Origin: an uncultured Gemmatimonadales bacterium
GTDB taxonomy: Bacteria; Gemmatimonadota; Gemmatimonadetes; Longimicrobiales; RSA9
Length of the DNA stretch: 64,000 nucleotides
Direction: 5' to 3'
Assembly: GCA_963741945.1 (NCBI GenBank)
Contig: CAVUKA010000005.1
Location: 320,001 to 384,000, forward strand
Made by a program: the position numbers and the translations under genes. The notes below the pieces were generated by a model. The model saw nothing but the letters and a program-made list of their open reading frames with translations. It made no database searches and was not told where the DNA came from. How positions within the stretch are numbered: position 1 is the stretch's first letter; each line of letters opens with the position of its first letter. Positions 57,645 to 64,000 of this stretch are shown piece by piece.

Positions 57645-57740
57645 CGCTTCTGCTGTCAACGGATCCCCTTCCCCGATATTAATGTAAGGTCAACGCCGGG
57701 GAGCTCGCGGCCCCCGGCTTGCCGACCGCGACCGCCCGAC

Positions 57741-58460
57741 ATGGCCATGGACGACGAGCAGAAAGAGCCGGCACCACCGCGAAGCGCACGGCGGGCGCTC
57801 CTGCGCAGGGGCGTTCTTGCCGTCGCGCTCCTGCCACTGGCCTACTACGTCCTGTGTATACTCGGGCTCGTGTATCTGCGGTTCCTCCCGCCCGTGGTCA
57901 CCACCGTGCAGATCCAGCGCGTGGTGGAGCGGGCGGCAGACCACGAGCGGCCGCTCCGGGATTACCGCTGGCGAAGTCTCACACGCATGTCACCGAACGT
58001 GCCACACGCCGTCGTGGCCGCCGAGGACGCTCGCTTCTATCAGCATCACGGCTTCGATTGGGAGGAGCTGCGAAAGGCGAGGCAGCAGGCGCGGACCCGG
58101 GGCGTCCCCATGCGGGGAGCGTCCACCCTGACCCAGCAGCTGATCAAGAACCTCTACTTCACCACGCACCGCAACCCGGTGCGGAAGCTCTACGAGTGGG
58201 GGCTCACGCTCCCGACGGAATGGATTCTGGGAAAGCGACGGATCCTGGAGCTCTACGTCAACGTGGTGGAGTTCGGGCCGGGGATCTTTGGCGCTCAGGC
58301 GGCCGCCCGCCACTACTATGGCACCGACGCTGCCCGCCTCTCCCGGCACCAGGCGGCCAGCCTGGCCGCCGTCCTTCCCGCCCCGCTCCGGCGGCGGCCG
58401 CAGCGGATGGGGTGGTACGCCGGCATCATCGAGCAGCGGATGAGCCAGCTGGGCTGGTGA
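57741..58460 (+). CDS. mtgA: Monofunctional peptidoglycan transglycosylase
   Basis: GT51 motifs [25 protein letters not shown]-xx-E, KRRILELY-x-N, G-x-FG. Confidence 0.92.
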   Translation: MAMDDEQKEPAPPRSARRALLRRGVLAVALLPLAYYVLCILGLVYLRFLPPVVTTVQIQRVVERAADHERPLRDYRWRSLTRMSPNVPHAVVAAEDARFYQHHGFDWEELRKARQQARTRGVPMRGASTLTQQLIKNLYFTTHRNPVRKLYEWGLTLPTEWILGKRRILELYVNVVEFGPGIFGAQAAARHYYGTDAARLSRHQAASLAAVLPAPLRRRPQRMGWYAGIIEQRMSQLGW

Positions 58461-58569
58461 GGGGCGGACCCCCTCCGCCGCACTGCTTCCGGTTGCTTCC
58501 GGCCCATCGACGCTTCATCCTGACATCGTCGTCGCCGAAGGCGCGTTCGAGCTCCCCCACAGGACGGTC

Positions 58570-59523
58570 ATGGTCGCACACAAGCTGACACGCTACGCCT
58601 GGCTCTCGATCGTCGCCGCGGTGGTGACGATCGCGCTGAAAGGCGGGGCGTACGTACTGACGGATTCCGTGGGGCTGCTGTCCGACGCGCTGGAGTCGAT
58701 GGTGAACCTGGTGGCGGCGGTGGTGGCGCTGCGGGCGCTGGCCGTGGCGAGTCGGCCGGCGGATGAAGAGCATGCGTACGGCCACACGAAGGCGGAGTAC
58801 TTCTCGAGCGGCTTCGAGGGGGCGCTGGTCCTGGTCGCGGCGGTACTCATCGCGGCCACCGCGGTGAGACGGCTGCTCAACCCGGTGGCGCTGCAGGACA
58901 TCGGGCTGGGGCTGACCGTGTCGGTGGCGGCTTCCGTCGTGAACTTCATGGTGGCGCGTGTGCTCTTCCGGGCCGCGGCCGAGCGCCACTCCATCGCCCT
59001 CGAGGCGGATGCCCATCACCTGATGACGGATGTCTGGACGTCGGTGGGTGTGCTGGCGGGGGTCGGGCTCGTCGGGATCACCGGCTGGAACGCGCTGGAC
59101 CCCATCGTCGCGCTGCTCGTGGCCGCAAACGTCACGCGCGTGGGCGTGGCACTGCTCCGCCGGTCCATGCTCGGCCTGCTCGATACGGCGTTGCCGGCGG
59201 AAGTCCAGGGGGAGATCCGGGCCGTGCTGGCCCGGCACGAACGGAACGGCATCCAGTTCCACGCGTTCCGGAGCCGGCGCTCCGGCGCTCACCGGTTCAT
59301 GTCCGTTCACGTCCTCGTGCCCGGGGAATGGACGGTGCAGCGCGGGCACGACCTGCTGGAGAGCATCGAGGAAGAGATCCGCGAAGCGGTGCCGCGGCTC
59401 ACGGTCTTCACCCACCTGGAGCCGCTCGAGGACCCGGTCGCGTGGTACGACACGTCGCTGGAGCGGCCGCCGCGGACCCCACCCGAGCGACCCGGACAGG
59501 GCGAGGGTCCGGCGAGCGGGTGA
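58570..59523 (+). CDS. Cation diffusion facilitator (FieF-like)
   Basis: Motifs SDALES, PAD-xx-H-x-YGH-x-KAEY, H-xxx-D, HLEP. Confidence 0.93.
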   Translation: MVAHKLTRYAWLSIVAAVVTIALKGGAYVLTDSVGLLSDALESMVNLVAAVVALRALAVASRPADEEHAYGHTKAEYFSSGFEGALVLVAAVLIAATAVRRLLNPVALQDIGLGLTVSVAASVVNFMVARVLFRAAAERHSIALEADAHHLMTDVWTSVGVLAGVGLVGITGWNALDPIVALLVAANVTRVGVALLRRSMLGLLDTALPAEVQGEIRAVLARHERNGIQFHAFRSRRSGAHRFMSVHVLVPGEWTVQRGHDLLESIEEEIREAVPRLTVFTHLEPLEDPVAWYDTSLERPPRTPPERPGQGEGPASG

Positions 59524-59702
59524 GCACGCTGCGCCACCCCGCGGCGGGAGGCTGAGCGCCCGGGCGCCTCCGAAACCGCCAGGGCCGGGTGCCGTACGGT
59601 CAGGGCGAGGACGCACGGCCGGCTGCCGCGCCCTGGGCGGGAGCCCAGGCCTGAGCCGATGCCGCGAGGCCCACGACGTCCGACCCCGAACACTGGCCTG
59701 CC

Positions 59703-62147
59703 ATGTTCCACGACCTGCGCTACGCGACCCGACGGCTCCTGCGCGCGCCCGGCTTCACCACCGCCGCCATCCTTTCACTCGCGCTGGGGATCGGCGCCAA
59801 CACGGCCATCTTCAGCATCGTCAACGCGGTGCTGTTCCGGGACATGCCGGCCCGCTCGCCGGCCGAGCTGGTGGAGCTCTACACGCGCGACGCCGGTGGG
59901 TACGAATACTCGACGTTCTCGTACCCCGACCTCCGGGACATCCAGGACGAGGCCACCGTGTTCGACGACGTCGCCGCGCGCTACCCGGCCATGGTGAGCC
60001 TGGCGGACGACGATGGCACCAGTGACATCCTCTGGGGCGAGGTGGTGACGCCGAACCTGTTCGACGTGCTGGGCATCGGACCGGCGATCGGCCGCACGCT
60101 CCACGCCGATCTGGACGCGGCGAAGGGGGCCAGCCCGGTGGCCGTGATCAGCCATCGTACCTGGGAGCGGCGCTTCGGCGGCGACCCCGGCGTCGTCGGA
60201 CGGACGCTGCGCCTGAACGGCCGCGCTATCACGGTGGTGGGCATCATGCCGGAGGGGTTCACGGGCCAGTTCCCCGCGTTCCAGATGGACCTGTGGCTGC
60301 CCACGTCGATGGCCGTGGCGCTGCACATCGAGGACGCGGACCAGGCGGAGTACCGGGGCGGCCGCAACCTCTTCCCGGTGGCACGCCTGAAGCCGGGGGT
60401 GACGGTGGACCAGGCGCGGGCGGAGCTGCGCGTCCTTTCCCATCGCCTGGCCGCCGCCTACCCGGACACGAACGACGGCCGGTCCATGACCCTGCTCCGC
60501 TCCGATCAGGTGAGCTTCAACCCGATGGTGGACCGCGCCCTCACGCCCATCGCCATCCTGCTCATGGGGGTGGTCGGGCTCGTGCTGGCCATCGCGTGCG
60601 CCAATCTGGCGAGCCTGCTCCTGGTCCGCGCCGCGGGCCGCCAGCGGGAGATCGCGACGCGCCTGGCCATCGGCGCAGGCCGCGGCCGCGTCGTGCGCCA
60701 GCTCCTGACGGAGAGCGTGCTGCTTGCCCTGCTGGGCGGCGCCGCCGGGGTAGCGCTCGGGTTCCTGCTGATCCGCGTGCTCATGGGATTCACGCCGCCG
60801 ATTCCGATCCCCGTGAACCTGGACCTCGGGCTCGACCGGACGGTCCTCCTGTTCACGTTCGGCCTTTCGGTACTCACGGGAATCCTGTTCGGGCTCGCCC
60901 CCGCGCTGCGCGCCTCCCGCCCCGACCTCCTGCCGGCACTGAAGGACGCCACGCGCAGCGGGCTTGGCCGGCGCCGCCGGTTCGGTCTCCGGAACGGGCT
61001 GGTAGTGGGCCAGGTCGTCGTCTCGCTCCTGCTCCTGGTCGCCGCCGGGCTGTTCCTTCGCAGCCTGGCGGAAACGCGCAAGGTGGACCCGGGGTTCGAC
61101 ACCGAGCACCTGGCCATGGCCGCGCTCAACCTTGAGCAGCTCGGCTACTCGCCCGAGCAGGGGCGCGTGTTCATGGACCGACTGGTCGAGCGGCTCGATG
61201 GGCTCCCCGAAGTCCGCTCGGCGACCATTGCGGCGCGCGTCCCCGTCGGCATCTCCATCCAGACCCGTGAGTTCCTCCCCGAGGGTCAGCCCACCCCGGC
61301 CGACGGCCGCATTCCGTCCTACGACTACACCCGGACCGACGACGCGTACTTCGAGACCATGGGCGTCGCCATCGTCCGTGGACGGGGCTTCACCCGCGCG
61401 GACCGCACGGGGCCCGACGTGGCGATCGTGAGCGAGACGGCGGCCCGCCGCTTCTGGCCCGGTGAGGATCCCATCGGCAAGCGGCTGCGCCGCGGCGAGG
61501 ATGGGCCGTGGACCACGGTGGTTGGAGTGGCCGCAGACACGAAGGTCCGGACGCTGGGCGAGGCGCCGCGGCCGTACGTCTATCTGCCGCTCGACCGCCG
61601 CGGCACCGACATCGCCATGGTGGTCGCGGCCACCCGCGGCGATCCGAGCCGGTTCCTCCCGACGCTCCTGGCCGAGATCCAGGCCATCGATCCGGCCGTC
61701 ACGCCGTTCCAGAGCGGCACGATCCGGGACCAGATGGCCATCATGCTCTACCCGGCACGCATGGGCGCCCTCCTCCTGGGTGCGTTCGGCGCGCTGGCCC
61801 TGCTCCTTGCGGTTACAGGGCTGTACGGCGTCGCCAGCTACACCGCCTCCCGCCGCACCCGCGAGATCGGGATCCGCATGGCCGTCGGGGCCCGCCCCGG
61901 CGACGTCCGGCGCATGGTCCTGCGCGACGGCGCGGTGCTGGTCGGCGCAGGGCTCGCGATCGGGGTGGCCCTGGCGCTCGTGGCCGCGCGATTCCTGGCA
62001 CGGTTCCTCTTCGGCATCGGCGTAGTCGACCCGGTCACGTTCATCGCGATCCCGCTGCTCCTGGGCGGCGTCGCCCTCCTGGCCACGTGGGTCCCCGCCC
62101 GGCGCGCGGGCCGCCTCGATCCCATGCGGGCGCTGCGCTACGAGTAG
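59703..62147 (+). CDS. Duplicated ABC permease (ADOP/MacB-FtsX type)
   Basis: Motifs DLRYA-x-R-x-L-xxx-PGFT, LALGIGANTAIFS, ACANLA, REIGIRMAVGA, DPM-x-ALRYE. Confidence 0.92.
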   Translation: MFHDLRYATRRLLRAPGFTTAAILSLALGIGANTAIFSIVNAVLFRDMPARSPAELVELYTRDAGGYEYSTFSYPDLRDIQDEATVFDDVAARYPAMVSLADDDGTSDILWGEVVTPNLFDVLGIGPAIGRTLHADLDAAKGASPVAVISHRTWERRFGGDPGVVGRTLRLNGRAITVVGIMPEGFTGQFPAFQMDLWLPTSMAVALHIEDADQAEYRGGRNLFPVARLKPGVTVDQARAELRVLSHRLAAAYPDTNDGRSMTLLRSDQVSFNPMVDRALTPIAILLMGVVGLVLAIACANLASLLLVRAAGRQREIATRLAIGAGRGRVVRQLLTESVLLALLGGAAGVALGFLLIRVLMGFTPPIPIPVNLDLGLDRTVLLFTFGLSVLTGILFGLAPALRASRPDLLPALKDATRSGLGRRRRFGLRNGLVVGQVVVSLLLLVAAGLFLRSLAETRKVDPGFDTEHLAMAALNLEQLGYSPEQGRVFMDRLVERLDGLPEVRSATIAARVPVGISIQTREFLPEGQPTPADGRIPSYDYTRTDDAYFETMGVAIVRGRGFTRADRTGPDVAIVSETAARRFWPGEDPIGKRLRRGEDGPWTTVVGVAADTKVRTLGEAPRPYVYLPLDRRGTDIAMVVAATRGDPSRFLPTLLAEIQAIDPAVTPFQSGTIRDQMAIMLYPARMGALLLGAFGALALLLAVTGLYGVASYTASRRTREIGIRMAVGARPGDVRRMVLRDGAVLVGAGLAIGVALALVAARFLARFLFGIGVVDPVTFIAIPLLLGGVALLATWVPARRAGRLDPMRALRYE

Positions 62148-62166
62148 GCGCCCGGGTTTCCGCTCA

Positions 62167-62209
62167 CGGCGTGGAAGCGCGAGTGGTCACGGGCCGCGCT
62201 TCCACGCCG
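62167..62209. terminator. 15-bp perfect inverted repeat between convergent genes
   Basis: CGGCGTGGAAGCGCG-N13-CGCGCTTCCACGCCG; no U-tract. Confidence 0.55.
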
Positions 62210-62213
62210 CCGG

Positions 62214-63998
<1,785 letters not shown>

Positions 63999-64000
63999 TC

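Overview
High-GC bacterial window. The gene repertoire (ADOP-type permease, TolB-like/TPR protein, BTAD fusion, PEP-CTERM/exosortase) suggests Gemmatimonadota or a similar phylum, which is an inference. Bases 1 to about 40,750 form one large exosortase/PEP-CTERM-linked surface-glycan locus. It carries Wzc, a Wza/SLBB exporter, a priming sugar transferase, exosortase plus EpsI, a CAAX-type protease, a PEP-CTERM protein, an O-antigen-ligase-like protein, an ABC flippase, eight glycosyltransferases, four sulfotransferases, two deacetylases, and FemAB, ATP-grasp, CapK-like, pyruvyl- and acyl-transferase enzymes, plus an Ig-repeat lipoprotein. Inside the locus an intact IS1111-type IS110 element (about 19936-21381) has inserted into the 5' end of a decayed IS3 element. 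Its 3' non-coding end can be read by eye as a bridge RNA whose four guide segments match the observed target and donor junctions; this is the top finding. The right third holds an MddA-like methyltransferase with a TetR regulator and operator boxes, a ferritin-like protein, an acyl-CoA synthetase, an HD-GYP regulator with a degenerate histidine kinase, ChaN, a membrane-spanning BTAD-STAND ATPase, plsC, mtgA, a CDF transporter, an ADOP permease and the 3' part of katG. No rRNA, tRNA or CRISPR array was seen. All calls rest on motif recognition only; no database searches were run.
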